Of a stretch of DNA of 64,000 bases, positions 43,662 to 56,805 are shown in pieces. The notes below the pieces were generated by a model, which saw nothing but the letters and a program-made list of their open reading frames with translations, was not told where the DNA came from and did no database searches. The number at the start of each line of letters is the position of its first letter. The first letter of the stretch is position 1. The position numbers and the translations under genes were made by a program. The stretch is from Spironucleus salmonicida (taxonomy: Eukaryota), in NCBI RefSeq assembly GCF_000497125.1, contig NC_090599.1, forward strand, positions 1,240,001 to 1,304,000, written 5' to 3'.

Positions 43662-44201
43662 TCAGGCGGATAGGCGAATAAATACGACACTCCCAGGCAG
43701 CAGGAATTTCAGCTCGTACAATGCTAACGCCTCTGGAATCCGCCAGGCGCACGGGCGATATGAGCGTTTTGCTTGTGCCAAAATATCCTCTGGGATGTAT
43801 GGTGGATGCATCGTATTTCCGAGCCAGCCAGCTGCATAAACTCGCTGCTCTTAAAGGGGCAGCAATGGCACATAGATTGGTATGTGAACTGAAACCGGCA
43901 ATGTGTATTTCGCATGGCCGTTTAGCTTGAACTTTCGAATGTAATCACTAATGCTTATTTTGCTACTGGTTCTGACCAGCATCGAAGAGATGGATTTATG
44001 AAGTTATGTGATTGGTCGTTTAATGACAAATACATATAGTCTTTCTATTTCGATTTTTATTTCCTCCAAATCAACAGGGAATATAAAAAAATCTCTTTTT
44101 ATATTGAATTCTGTCGAAAGATACTATACAATTTTGGATGCGAGGTCTCTGACATTTATTACTAAAATATTAGATAAGCTGAAACGAATAGTATATTTCA
44201 T
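43662..44201 (-). CDS. Possible hypothetical protein (179 aa), copy A
   Basis: Mirror of 51130-51669; open frame only. Confidence 0.3.
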
Positions 44202-45740
44202 ATAGTAAAAGACTAGAGGTTAAGTGTTTTAGAAGCATTAAAATACAATTAGTTATTATTTTCATTTTTAGCTTCAGTTTAATCATATAATTTAATAGTA
44301 TTTATTCATAATAAGTCTAAATAAAAGTATTGCACTGTTCAAATTATAGTGGTATTTCATTTAAACTAATTTTTAGACAGGTATATTATAATATAGTTAC
44401 GGAGGTGACAATGCAAAAAGTATAATTTAGACTGGAATCTATCATGTTATCACAAACATTCATGAAAAATTCCTTCATGTATATATTCTAAGCTATAATT
44501 GATCCTTGCTATTATAATCTGTTTAAGATATCTAATACTACATTAAATTATTCTTATAAGAATGAAAACAAACGTTAGTACTTTTCCGGGACAGATTTTC
44601 TTCTGATAAATTTTTAATTAAATAGTAAGTTTATAGCTGGAATTGAATTTATGCTTTAATATCAGAGCATCTGTAACCAGATATAGAAGATTAATAAAAT
44701 ATAAATTTAATTTAACATTAATAATCAATTTTTCCAAAGACAGAAATTAAAGAACAGAGCATTTTACTCTGAATAAGTAAATTATAATTATAAATTTTAA
44801 TGAATATCTGCCCTTCTATTGTGTAATGATATCTGCTATCATTCAATAAGAATTCATAGATAAGGCAATAGTACTCGTTTCATATTAAACAAATTAGTAA
44901 TACGATCTAGTATTCTTAATAAATGTATTGTTCTAGTTCATTAAAACCATGTTATACTGCATTAGTACCTACTACATACGATAAATACCATTTTAATTAA
45001 AGATCATGACAATACTATTATATTATAGATTAAAAGTACTTCGATATCTTTTAGTAAATATTCCACTACTATTTTCGTGGCAAATCTAACACTTGAGGAG
45101 CTTAGATAATAATATTATCATAATAATAAATATAGTATACCTTATCCGACGATTTTTACTTGGGAGTATAATCATCTGGCGCTGAATATTCTTCATATGA
45201 CTATGGAATAATAACTTGTGTTATATTTAAACAAGTTTCATCAATATGAAAAATGATTGAATACTATCTATGTCAAATCAGATACATAATTGGGTATTAA
45301 TAATCCTATTAGATAGATGTGGAATGATATTATGACTGTGAATCTCCTGTATCTAGTTAATTTTCATATAGTGTAATAGCATTATAACCTGCCTTATGAC
45401 TAATTTTGTTTTGCTTTACCATACAATTAATTCAAATATCTTCAGGTTTATTTTAACAATCTTTCCAGTTACAGTAATGTAGCAATACGTGCAAGATGTC
45501 ATTTTGTATAGGTAACGTCTTTTATTCTAGCTAATATTTGTTGCTGTATAGTTAATATATGACCAATTGTAGCATCTATATTGTACAAACCTGGTATTCC
45601 CCTGAAGAAGCTTGGATAGTATTATTTAATTTCATTCAAAAGCCGCATAATGTCCAAATCTAAAATAAATCAAAATTAACATTAGCTTATGATCTTTAAA
45701 AGCTAGATAATAATTAAATTACATCTTTGTATTATATATT

Positions 45741-46352
45741 TCACTGAAGCTCTGGCATTTCAATACATACAAATCCGTTTTATGCTTCTCCTTCACCATC
45801 ATAGGAAAAATGAAAAGCATCCTCTTGGATTTCTGAAACTCCAAACAATACTACACTTTAAAGGCATTTAACAATGTTTAAAACACGGTCTGATGTTCCA
45901 TAAAGCAGACCTGTTTACATTTTCATTGCAAATGCTTTGCAGATTGCAAGGGCAACCTCGTGCTTCTTGACTTGCAAATGGAATTTTTTCTAGTTATTTA
46001 ATGTTTCCATGGCAAGCTTTTAAAGAATCTTAGGAAAATCATATAACTTGATATACTTTTGCTTTGGCTAAGATGGAAAAAGATCGATATTTGGTTTAAG
46101 AAATACTTATTTAAGATTAGAAATGCGAACATATATTTATGACTTCTTTTCGTTTTGGTTAGGAATATTTTATTGTTTGAGAAGAATGGTAAAAAATGCT
46201 TCAAGATAGAAGATATCTGATAAAAGATGGTTAGAAGATATTTTCTCTTAATTAAACGAGAGTTTCTATATTGCGTATATTTATTCAGGTTTAAAGTTAG
46301 GTAAGAAAATATTTAGTTTTGAAGCGTGTTCCTATTTTTGAGCAGGTTCCAT
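45741..46352 (-). CDS. Hypothetical protein (203 aa), copy A
   Basis: MEPAQKQEHASK...; pyrimidine-rich upstream motif and CAGTGA stop. Confidence 0.65.
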
Positions 46353-46445
46353 TATTAAAGGTAAATGAAGAAGGGAAAATAATAACTTAACATAAAAATA
46401 ATACTATGGGATATATAGTGACTAATTAATTTTAGATTTTACAAA

Positions 46446-46796
46446 ATGAGGTAATTCATTTAGTTAGAATTACCTTTGGAATAAAAAATTTAACAAAGAT
46501 AACATGATACAACAAATATAAAGTAGGTCTAGACCTTGAGGATGCGAAGAAAATATCATCTTTCTACTGTTATGATCGAAGATGATTTTATTGAGCTAGA
46601 ATAGGAACTAGGGTCTAAGAGCAGGTAGAGGATGAGAAATAATGTAACAACTTTGTTAAAATTGAACTATTAATAAATAAAAACTATAAGTAGTATATTT
46701 TTAAACGAAAAACTATTCATGTTTTTGAAATATATTATATTTAATATTTCACTACGAACGATAAGATAATACTTAAACTAAGAGTAAAGTCATTGA
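46446..46796 (+). pseudogene. Truncated or chimeric copy of the 48283-48885 gene (first 65 codons shared)
   Basis: Identical up to the repeat boundary at 46640, then runs into unrelated AT-rich sequence. Confidence 0.5.
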
Positions 46797-46896
46797 ATAC
46801 ATGAATAATATCAAACTATAGATAATCCTTAACTTGAATTATATTATTGCCATCACAAAAAATGATATTCTATAAACTAAAAAACAAATTATGAAA

Positions 46897-47850
46897 TCAA
46901 TCATCATCTTCATCTAAATCTTCGTCGTCCAAATCCTCAAATATTCCCTACAGACTCATATATCGTTCACCTGTATCTGGAAGAATTGTTATGACATCGC
47001 AGTCATATTTTGAAGCATATTGAATTGCTGCATAAACGTTAGCACCACTGGACACTCCTGCTAATATACCTTCTTTTCTGGCCAATAACTTTGTTGTATT
47101 TAAAGCTTGATCATCATTAATTTACATTATTTCATCAACAATATCTGGATTATATACTTATGGTATAAATCCAGTTCCAATACCTTAGATTACATGAGGC
47201 TATGGTTTACATGCTTTTTATGTCTCTAAAATTATTGCTTTTTCTGGTTCTAAAGCAATCGATTTCAATTCTGGAAATGCTGCTTTTAAAGGAATAGACG
47301 CTCCAGAAATTGTACCTCCTGTACCACAACCGACTACAAAAAATTTTGGATTAATATTATACTCTTTACACTAATTAACTAGTTCTACACCTGTTGTGCA
47401 TTCATGAGCTTTAACATTAGCCTGATTATCAAATTATCCAAGACTAATATAATTTTTATTTTCATCCATTAGTTCTTTACATTTAGCTATAGCCCCTCTA
47501 GTTCCAAGTGTGCTCTCTGTTAAAATAAGGTTCGCTCCATAGCCTTATATCAATAAACGTCTCTCAATTGACATATTTGAAGGCATAACAATAGTTAAAG
47601 GTATTTGATAAGCTGCGCACACTAATGCTAGAGCAACACCAGTATTCCCTGATGTAGGTTCAATCAGTCTGGTTTTAGGTGTTATCCTATTCTATGATAT
47701 CAGATCTTTAAGCATAGCAATTGCCACTCTATCCTTAATTGAGCCCCCAGGTGAAATAGCTTCATATTTACAAAATACCCTGCCTCCTTTAGGCAGCTAT
47801 TATAGACGAATAAGTGGAGTTTTTCCAAGTTCTTCTGTTATTAGCGTCAT
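46897..47850 (-). CDS. cysK: Cysteine synthase (O-acetylserine sulfhydrylase, CysK-type)
   Basis: [17 protein letters not shown] (PLP Lys), [52 protein letters not shown]. Confidence 0.95.
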
Positions 47851-48024
47851 TTATATGGAAAAATATATAGAATTTTGCAATATAATATATAGATATAATT
47901 ACTCATGATTACTCACAATTTCTACTTCTATAATAATGTCTCAAATATGGTTATTTGTATAATATATGAAATTAATCATAAATATATTTTATTATATAAT
48001 ATTCCATAATTTCTATGCGGTAAA

Positions 48025-48276
48025 ATGGAGTATGTAACGTCAGAAACAAAGAATGGATATTTCACTGAGAATGAATTAGTGGAACTTAGAAAAACTAAAG
48101 TTTAATAAAAAATATCTGATATTGATTATTTAGCCTAACATAGTGAAATAGAAGCAATCATTAATGATCTCTATAAAAAATTATTAGATACAAAACCAGA
48201 CTCAAAAGAAGTTTATAAATTTGTTGCAAAGTATTTCATAGAATTAAATGAAGAACGCAGTAGAGCTATGGATTGA
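48025..48276 (+). CDS. Small RIIa/dimerisation-docking domain protein (RIIAD1-like, 83 aa)
   Basis: DYLAQHSEIEAIINDLYKKLLDTKPD...FVAKYF. Confidence 0.65.
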
Positions 48277-48282
48277 GTATAT

Positions 48283-48885
48283 TCAATAATCATTAATTAC
48301 ACTATTATTTAATTTATGAATTATTTATTATTTGGAGTCTGATATTTTGGAAAATATCAAATCTTAATTTAATTAATATTATTTCGATACTACAATTGGA
48401 AAATCATAAGAACATTCTAAATTATTTCTAGCTTTTGTTCTGAAACTTAGATATTTTTTCGACAAATAACCATTTGATAGTTCATTTATTATATTTGGTA
48501 TAATCATTTACAATTAATTGCTTTTTAATATAGGCTGTGATTCTTACTAACATTACAATAGCTAATTTCCTTCGTATTATGATTTATTATTATATTTTGT
48601 AGGTAGAACTTTTTCAAATTGTATAGATGCTTTAACATTAGTATCAATTACCTAAGACGTCATCCGTTATTTTATTGTAGTAAAATTAAGATTTCTCATC
48701 CTCTACCTGCTCTTAGACCCTAGTTCCTATTCTAGCTCAATAAAATCATCTTCGATCATAACAGTAGAAAGATGATATTTTCTTCGCATCCTCAAGGTCT
48801 AGACCTACTTTATATTTGTTGTATCATGTTATCTTTGTTAAATTTTTTATTCCAAAGGTAATTCTAACTAAATGAATTACCTCAT
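48283..48885 (-). CDS. Hypothetical protein (200 aa) spanning the inner repeat boundary
   Basis: Open frame MRQFIQLELPLEQK... continuing for 135 codons into the spacer. Confidence 0.55.
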
Positions 48886-48978
48886 TTTGTAAAATCTAAA
48901 ATTAATTAGTCACTATATATCCCATAGTATTATTTTTATGTTAAGTTATTATTTTCCCTTCTTCATTTACCTTTAATA

Positions 48979-49590
48979 ATGGAACCTGCTCAAAAATAGG
49001 AACACGCTTCAAAACTAAATATTTTCTTACCTAACTTTAAACCTGAATAAATATACGCAATATAGAAACTCTCGTTTAATTAAGAGAAAATATCTTCTAA
49101 CCATCTTTTATCAGATATCTTCTATCTTGAAGCATTTTTTACCATTCTTCTCAAACAATAAAATATTCCTAACCAAAACGAAAAGAAGTCATAAATATAT
49201 GTTCGCATTTCTAATCTTAAATAAGTATTTCTTAAACCAAATATCGATCTTTTTCCATCTTAGCCAAAGCAAAAGTATATCAAGTTATATGATTTTCCTA
49301 AGATTCTTTAAAAGCTTGCCATGGAAACATTAAATAACTAGAAAAAATTCCATTTGCAAGTCAAGAAGCACGAGGTTGCCCTTGCAATCTGCAAAGCATT
49401 TGCAATGAAAATGTAAACAGGTCTGCTTTATGGAACATCAGACCGTGTTTTAAACATTGTTAAATGCCTTTAAAGTGTAGTATTGTTTGGAGTTTCAGAA
49501 ATCCAAGAGGATGCTTTTCATTTTTCCTATGATGGTGAAGGAGAAGCATAAAACGGATTTGTATGTATTGAAATGCCAGAGCTTCAGTGA
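48979..49590 (+). CDS. Hypothetical protein (203 aa), copy B
   Basis: Mirror of 45741-46352; ends CAGTGA. Confidence 0.65.
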
Positions 49591-51129
49591 AATATATAAT
49601 ACAAAGATGTAATTTAATTATTATCTAGCTTTTAAAGATCATAAGCTAATGTTAATTTTGATTTATTTTAGATTTGGACATTATGCGGCTTTTGAATGAA
49701 ATTAAATAATACTATCCAAGCTTCTTCAGGGGAATACCAGGTTTGTACAATATAGATGCTACAATTGGTCATATATTAACTATACAGCAACAAATATTAG
49801 CTAGAATAAAAGACGTTACCTATACAAAATGACATCTTGCACGTATTGCTACATTACTGTAACTGGAAAGATTGTTAAAATAAACCTGAAGATATTTGAA
49901 TTAATTGTATGGTAAAGCAAAACAAAATTAGTCATAAGGCAGGTTATAATGCTATTACACTATATGAAAATTAACTAGATACAGGAGATTCACAGTCATA
50001 ATATCATTCCACATCTATCTAATAGGATTATTAATACCCAATTATGTATCTGATTTGACATAGATAGTATTCAATCATTTTTCATATTGATGAAACTTGT
50101 TTAAATATAACACAAGTTATTATTCCATAGTCATATGAAGAATATTCAGCGCCAGATGATTATACTCCCAAGTAAAAATCGTCGGATAAGGTATACTATA
50201 TTTATTATTATGATAATATTATTATCTAAGCTCCTCAAGTGTTAGATTTGCCACGAAAATAGTAGTGGAATATTTACTAAAAGATATCGAAGTACTTTTA
50301 ATCTATAATATAATAGTATTGTCATGATCTTTAATTAAAATGGTATTTATCGTATGTAGTAGGTACTAATGCAGTATAACATGGTTTTAATGAACTAGAA
50401 CAATACATTTATTAAGAATACTAGATCGTATTACTAATTTGTTTAATATGAAACGAGTACTATTGCCTTATCTATGAATTCTTATTGAATGATAGCAGAT
50501 ATCATTACACAATAGAAGGGCAGATATTCATTAAAATTTATAATTATAATTTACTTATTCAGAGTAAAATGCTCTGTTCTTTAATTTCTGTCTTTGGAAA
50601 AATTGATTATTAATGTTAAATTAAATTTATATTTTATTAATCTTCTATATCTGGTTACAGATGCTCTGATATTAAAGCATAAATTCAATTCCAGCTATAA
50701 ACTTACTATTTAATTAAAAATTTATCAGAAGAAAATCTGTCCCGGAAAAGTACTAACGTTTGTTTTCATTCTTATAAGAATAATTTAATGTAGTATTAGA
50801 TATCTTAAACAGATTATAATAGCAAGGATCAATTATAGCTTAGAATATATACATGAAGGAATTTTTCATGAATGTTTGTGATAACATGATAGATTCCAGT
50901 CTAAATTATACTTTTTGCATTGTCACCTCCGTAACTATATTATAATATACCTGTCTAAAAATTAGTTTAAATGAAATACCACTATAATTTGAACAGTGCA
51001 ATACTTTTATTTAGACTTATTATGAATAAATACTATTAAATTATATGATTAAACTGAAGCTAAAAATGAAAATAATAACTAATTGTATTTTAATGCTTCT
51101 AAAACACTTAACCTCTAGTCTTTTACTAT

Positions 51130-51669
51130 ATGAAATATACTATTCGTTTCAGCTTATCTAATATTTTAGTAATAAATGTCAGAGACCTCGCATCCAAAAT
51201 TGTATAGTATCTTTCGACAGAATTCAATATAAAAAGAGATTTTTTTATATTCCCTGTTGATTTGGAGGAAATAAAAATCGAAATAGAAAGACTATATGTA
51301 TTTGTCATTAAACGACCAATCACATAACTTCATAAATCCATCTCTTCGATGCTGGTCAGAACCAGTAGCAAAATAAGCATTAGTGATTACATTCGAAAGT
51401 TCAAGCTAAACGGCCATGCGAAATACACATTGCCGGTTTCAGTTCACATACCAATCTATGTGCCATTGCTGCCCCTTTAAGAGCAGCGAGTTTATGCAGC
51501 TGGCTGGCTCGGAAATACGATGCATCCACCATACATCCCAGAGGATATTTTGGCACAAGCAAAACGCTCATATCGCCCGTGCGCCTGGCGGATTCCAGAG
51601 GCGTTAGCATTGTACGAGCTGAAATTCCTGCTGCCTGGGAGTGTCGTATTTATTCGCCTATCCGCCTGA
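51130..51669 (+). CDS. Possible hypothetical protein (179 aa), copy B
   Basis: MKYTIRFSLSN...VFIRLSA*; open frame only, no recognisable motif. Confidence 0.3.
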
Positions 51670-52109
51670 GCAATGTCCAATTAGTGCGATGCGGGAATTC
51701 ACCACTTAGGTGGCTCAGGGCTTCAAGTATCCCCGCACCGTTAGCTACTGGCGCCCCAGCGTTAAGCAGCGCTCACCCGGCAACCTGCCAACGTGGCCAG
51801 GGCGCTGGAAGCCTGAGGTAGACGCGCTGAAACCGCGATGGAACGTTAGTTCGGCCGCGTGCAGCCAACTTCTAGCTCCCCATCCCGCGATTTGCCATCA
51901 AACTGACTTCCGCGGCGAAAGACTTCAGCTGGGCTATATGCTGACTTCCTGCTAGCATGCAATGCGGCGAATACCGCCGATGCCACCCATAGGCCATATC
52001 GAGGCTAGGCAGTGTGCACGCGGCCTTGGCATAGAGACCTGGCCGCCGAGCAGTCCATTCGGCGAGGCAGCATATACGATAATATGTTATAATCCGCTGC
52101 TAAGTGCAA

Positions 52110-52985
52110 ATGCAGTACAAGGCGGCCCTCCTCGCTCTCGCGCTCCTCGCGTTCACCACCTTCGCGCTGTCGGCTTACAACACTGTCAGCTACAGGTCAG
52201 CCCCTGGTGCCAAGCCCCTGGCGGTTATTTCTGGCGGTACCGGCGGTATCGGGCTCGAGCTAATCAAAATCCTACAGAATAGCTTCAAGATCATTCTCCT
52301 GACGAGGAGCACCTCGGTCCTACCGGAATGGGTTGAATCCAACGCGGATGTCTACGCCATGCAGATCGACTATAGCGACACCGCAGCCTTCTAGGGCCAC
52401 TTCGAGGCCTTTTTACGGCAGCATGACCTGCGGGCCAGCGAGATCCAGCACTACCACTCTCTGCACGGGTGCGGCCATTACCGCCGCTTTTCAGACTTTT
52501 CGGGTGCGCAGGTCGCCGAGTTCCTGGCCCAAAACCTGACCTCCCACATCCTGCTGTCGCACTACTTCCTGCAGCTGCCCTCCCTCACAAACTATACCAT
52601 TACGTCCTCGCTGTGCGCCTCGTTCCCGCCCCGTTTCTTCTCGCTCTACGCGGCTTCGAAGGCCGCGATTCAGACCTTCGGCACTGCGGTACTGATGGAG
52701 CGGAAGGACTTGCGCGTGTGCGTCGCGGTCCCGGTTGGGGTGCGCGGGACCCGCTTTATGGCGCAGCCCCAGATGTAGGCCGCGAACAAAAAGGTGCAGC
52801 TTAGCATGCTGCCGCCGCTCTCGGTCAGCAACAAGCAGGTTGCCCGCGCTCTGGCCTCGAAGCAGGGCGTGGTCAAGGTCGGCTGGCTGAACCATGCGAG
52901 CGGTTTGCTTCAAGCCCTCATCGGGGTTAATGCGTACCTGAAGCTGGTGGGAATGTTCGACCTGGAGCCTGGGAAGAACGAGTGA
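52110..52985 (+). CDS. Membrane-anchored short-chain dehydrogenase/reductase, copy B
   Basis: Same as copy A; differs at two residues (TAAF vs TATF, LNH vs LNY). Confidence 0.88.
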
Positions 52986-52994
52986 AGATAGAAC

Positions 52995-53492
52995 TCACTG
53001 GACCTGACTTTGCTGGCAGCTCCGCGGCTCGTAGGAGCGCACCGACATAGAGGACATAGCGCGCGGCGACGCATGCAGCGATCCTGGCACAGACACGAAG
53101 CGCTTCAGCTTCTTGGCTGGCGGCTCTGCGGCTCTGTGGTGGACCTAGAGCGGTGACTGCGCGCGCTCCTCCTGAATCCTGCGGTATAGGCTGTCTACCC
53201 TCCCCTTCAGCTAAAACGGCGCCGCGCCCACAGAGTAGAACAGCCTGTCGTAGTCATCTCTTTGTTTAGTTTTACAAATATTTATTAGTATATTTTTCTT
53301 ATTAACAGGAGCAGATATAAACTCTGATTTAAATAAAATGCTAGAAGGAAGAAATTTACTTTCTTCAAATGCTGATATTGGAATAGAATTTAGCTTAAAT
53401 TAATTAGTTATAAATTTAGATTGTATATTAAATGCTGTTGAGAATGCGTTTCGATTCTCTCTCGAACTAAATTCAATAGTTTGAGATGGCAT
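52995..53492 (-). CDS. Hypothetical protein (165 aa), paralog B
   Basis: MPSQTIEFSSRENRNAFSTAF...; N-half diverged from and C-half identical to 41839-42336. Confidence 0.75.
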
Positions 53493-53956
53493 TTTATAAA
53501 TCTTTAGTTAAATTATTTACTCTAATAGTAAAATACTAGAAAACAAAATAAAAAATTAATGTATATAAATTACACTATTACGTTTAATACTTATTTAAAC
53601 TTTACAGGTTCATAAGTTTCATTGTGGATATCGAATAAACTTATCACAGTTTACTTTTATATTTACTTAATTTGATGATATTTTTAACTTTATTCGTATC
53701 ATAGAATAAAAATAGTTTCAGCTAACCTTTTTTTACTTTAGAAAGCATTGTAAATAAAATTTTATATTTTAATCTTACTTATATTTCATTTAAGCCTCTA
53801 GTTTAGATATTTATTAAAATAAATTGATAGGTGACAATCTTAGATAACATGACAATTTACATTGAGCATATAATTATGTGTTCTAGATATAAACGTGATA
53901 TAATCTATGATGGTAACAGTATTTATTCATCATAATATATAAACAACAATGTAATT

Positions 53957-56734
53957 TCACTCTTATGCTGGTTCATCCTTAATAATATCTTCTGCAACAT
54001 TCTCTTGTAATTATGTATGCTACTCCTCTGCACTCTTTATATTAGCAACTACTGGTGTCTATTCAACTTCCTGTTTTACATCCTCCTCTTTAACATTATC
54101 TACCACGACATGTTCAATATCTCCAGGCTTTTAGACTTCAGTATTTTTTACGCTCTCCCTCATCTTCTTATACTTCTCAGAATCTTATTGAATCTAGCAG
54201 AAATCTAACGTCATACCAATCTGGCTCCTATAAACGACACCTGCTGCATCTTTTAATACCTGACTTGCATAGCTCATCACTGGATAAGGTTTTCTCGTTA
54301 TTTTCTGAAGTTGAATTTCGCGTGTATTAGCATCATGTTTAGACTATGTATCAGCTTCGGCATACTCAATAGTTTATGCTTCATTGATTTGCTTGAATAC
54401 AGTCTAGTTTGTTTGTAATACCTAAGTGCGCTTTTACTGTATCTGATAAAGTCTAAGGGCTCTAGCTCTCAGTTCCCACTCACTACTAGTGTAACCTGGA
54501 ACAATATTACTTTCATAAAAATGGACTGGGGTTTAGATATCAACGTCTATCATATTAATATAGTCAATCTCCTTATTTTATTGGATTTAATTTGAAATAA
54601 TTAATCGTTCATCTGAGTTAAGAAGCGTCTCACTGGTAACGTTATATACTTTTCTTTTATAAATCGAGTACTTTTTATATGTATCTGACATTCCTATTTC
54701 AGCAAAAACTTGCAAAAATTCTTGACTTAAGAGTTAATCAATTGAATAGGGAGTTGAGAACACGTTCAGTTCGGAACTCCCAGTGAAATCACTTTCAGCC
54801 AGCCGTTTAATAATATACCTGGATGTCAAGTCAGCATATAAAGGGCGTCTTAAATATCCACAATTATCAATCTAAAGTTTTCTACCACCAATATTTTTGA
54901 AGACTAAAGATTCTACACCGTTACTAGGAGGCTCATCATTAACAATTTGTGCTCTGAAACATGGAAGAATATCAATAAATTAGGTCTAAAATCTTTAGAT
55001 AGTTGATTCTCTTAATTCTCTAAATTATTAAGATGCGGCCAGCCTCGCTAAGCGAGGAATATCACAGAGAAATAGCATTGGAAGATAATCTGGACTTGAA
55101 AGAGAAACTGCAAATATTGACGCAAAAAACAACATTGGTGTATTGGAAAATATTTACTTCGACTATGCAGATGAGAATGAAATCAGTTCAGGGCCTCTTG
55201 GACCAGAAATAGTTGTCATGTTAGATGAAATTTAGCTTGCAGAAGGTCTTTCTCTTGCTTGCTTATTATCAGGTAACTCTAGCTTAGGATTATTAATAAT
55301 GATCATCTAAGCAATAAACTTAAGATCTTGTGCAGTAAACAGAGAATTTGAAAATGATATGAAACCTGGCCGCGAGGATTATGGGCCAAAAGCTAGTACA
55401 GGGTCAATACCACCGAACAAACAATCTGTTGCAAAAATGTCCTCGGCATCTAATGCAGAGAAATGAGATAGATCCTTAACTTGAGATAAATCTTTCGTCT
55501 CTGTCAAAACTTAGAGTGCAAGTCGCTGGAATCTTGAATTTTCAACCCTTTCACCACCTCTACCGAACTCTTACACAAACCAGGCCCTAGCCTCAACAAG
55601 TTCATCAGATGTATATAATGGAGCGGCTGCCGAAGCATCTGGCAATACAGTAAACTAATTATCATCTATGAACGGTGATACACGTGCGTGCCAAGTTCTG
55701 AGACGAACAAGTTACTCAGAAATTCTTTGTAAAGTTGTATACAAAGCTGAAACTGCAGCAAACCTTGGATAAATTTATGCTTTTGGAACTGATTCCTTCT
55801 CTTTAAGTAAATTCTACAAAGATTGCACTGCATCTCTAAATTCCTATGAAACTTTTTTAAATTCATTGGATATTTTATTAATATCTTAAAATAATAATCC
55901 TAACTATTAAATTAAAATTGCTCTATTGATTTGATATAAAATTGTTTCTCTAGATCTTGAGCTTCGAGTCTCATCAGTGCTTGAACCTGTATCAATTGAA
56001 TAAAATGTAACTGGCATAATGGATGAGACGTAAACTGCTAACTGTTAATTTAGTTACACTTCGACTGATTTAAATAAAATTACAATGCTTTATTCTAATC
56101 CTTAGAGAGCTTAAATTGGAGGCTCTCCAATCAATGTAACACCTGCGGTTACATCTGCCAACTCCATTAACTAACGTTATCCTGATGATAACGACTGATC
56201 TGGTTTATCAGCTGATGTTTCTTTAACAAGCATGTCTCTGAAAACTAAAACATCTGAACGAGGTAATATAGAGTTTAAAGAAATTTTAAGACCATATGCA
56301 AGTTAAGTATTATTTGCTTCTAAAGCAAAAGGCCTGCAAGATTCTGTGAGTAATTATTCTAAGGCAGAGTAAACAGTATCTTAGTTAAAAATGTTATAAA
56401 TAGACTTAAAACAGTTTTAAGATAAAATCTAAGGCCTTTGTAAACATTCTTAAGTCAGATCTTAAAATGAAACAAATTCTGACATACTTGCGCCAGCAAG
56501 CCGTATAGAATGTGCAGTAATATTGTTATCAGAAATAGATAAAATTGAAACAGCAATCTCTAATAGTTAAGCCTGATCGGCCTGTGTAATTTCTGCAGAG
56601 CGTGATAAATCCTAGAAATATGATAGAATCACATACCTAGAAACAATTTCAGACAGAAAAGACTCTACCTGAGCGTCGGACTCCTGGAAGTAGCGCTAAA
56701 TTGATGACTAGAGTTGTTGTCTAGACTTTTCCAT
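53957..56734 (-). CDS. CFAP206: Cilia- and flagella-associated protein 206-like (925 aa)
   Basis: SLNSILPRSD...RQLMELADVTAGVTL, QTPVHFYES, SEWELRARAL match CFAP206 signatures. Confidence 0.7.
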
Positions 56735-56805
56735 TAAATTGCGGAACGTTTTGAGTTTATATATTATTATATATAAATTTCTTATACATTAAAAAAATCT
56801 CAAAA

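Larger units (their letters stand above)
42068..46640. repeat. Left arm of a 4,573-bp inverted repeat
   Basis: Mirror ORFs in the track; paired coordinates sum to 95331; boundaries read directly. Confidence 0.97.
48691..53263. repeat. Right arm of the 4,573-bp inverted repeat
   Basis: Reverse complement of 42068-46640, with five substitutions seen. Confidence 0.97.

Noticed and set aside
49588-50860. Possible TGA read-through (Sec/Trp) extending the 48979 gene
   Set aside because: About 6 TGAs in ~420 codons is near random expectation for this composition; the first TGA is in the AGTGA stop context; no SECIS evidence.
42068-53263. Composite transposon or virus-like element with long TIRs
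   Set aside because: No transposase, integrase or polymerase; no target-site duplication; homology continues in diverged form beyond the outer ends.
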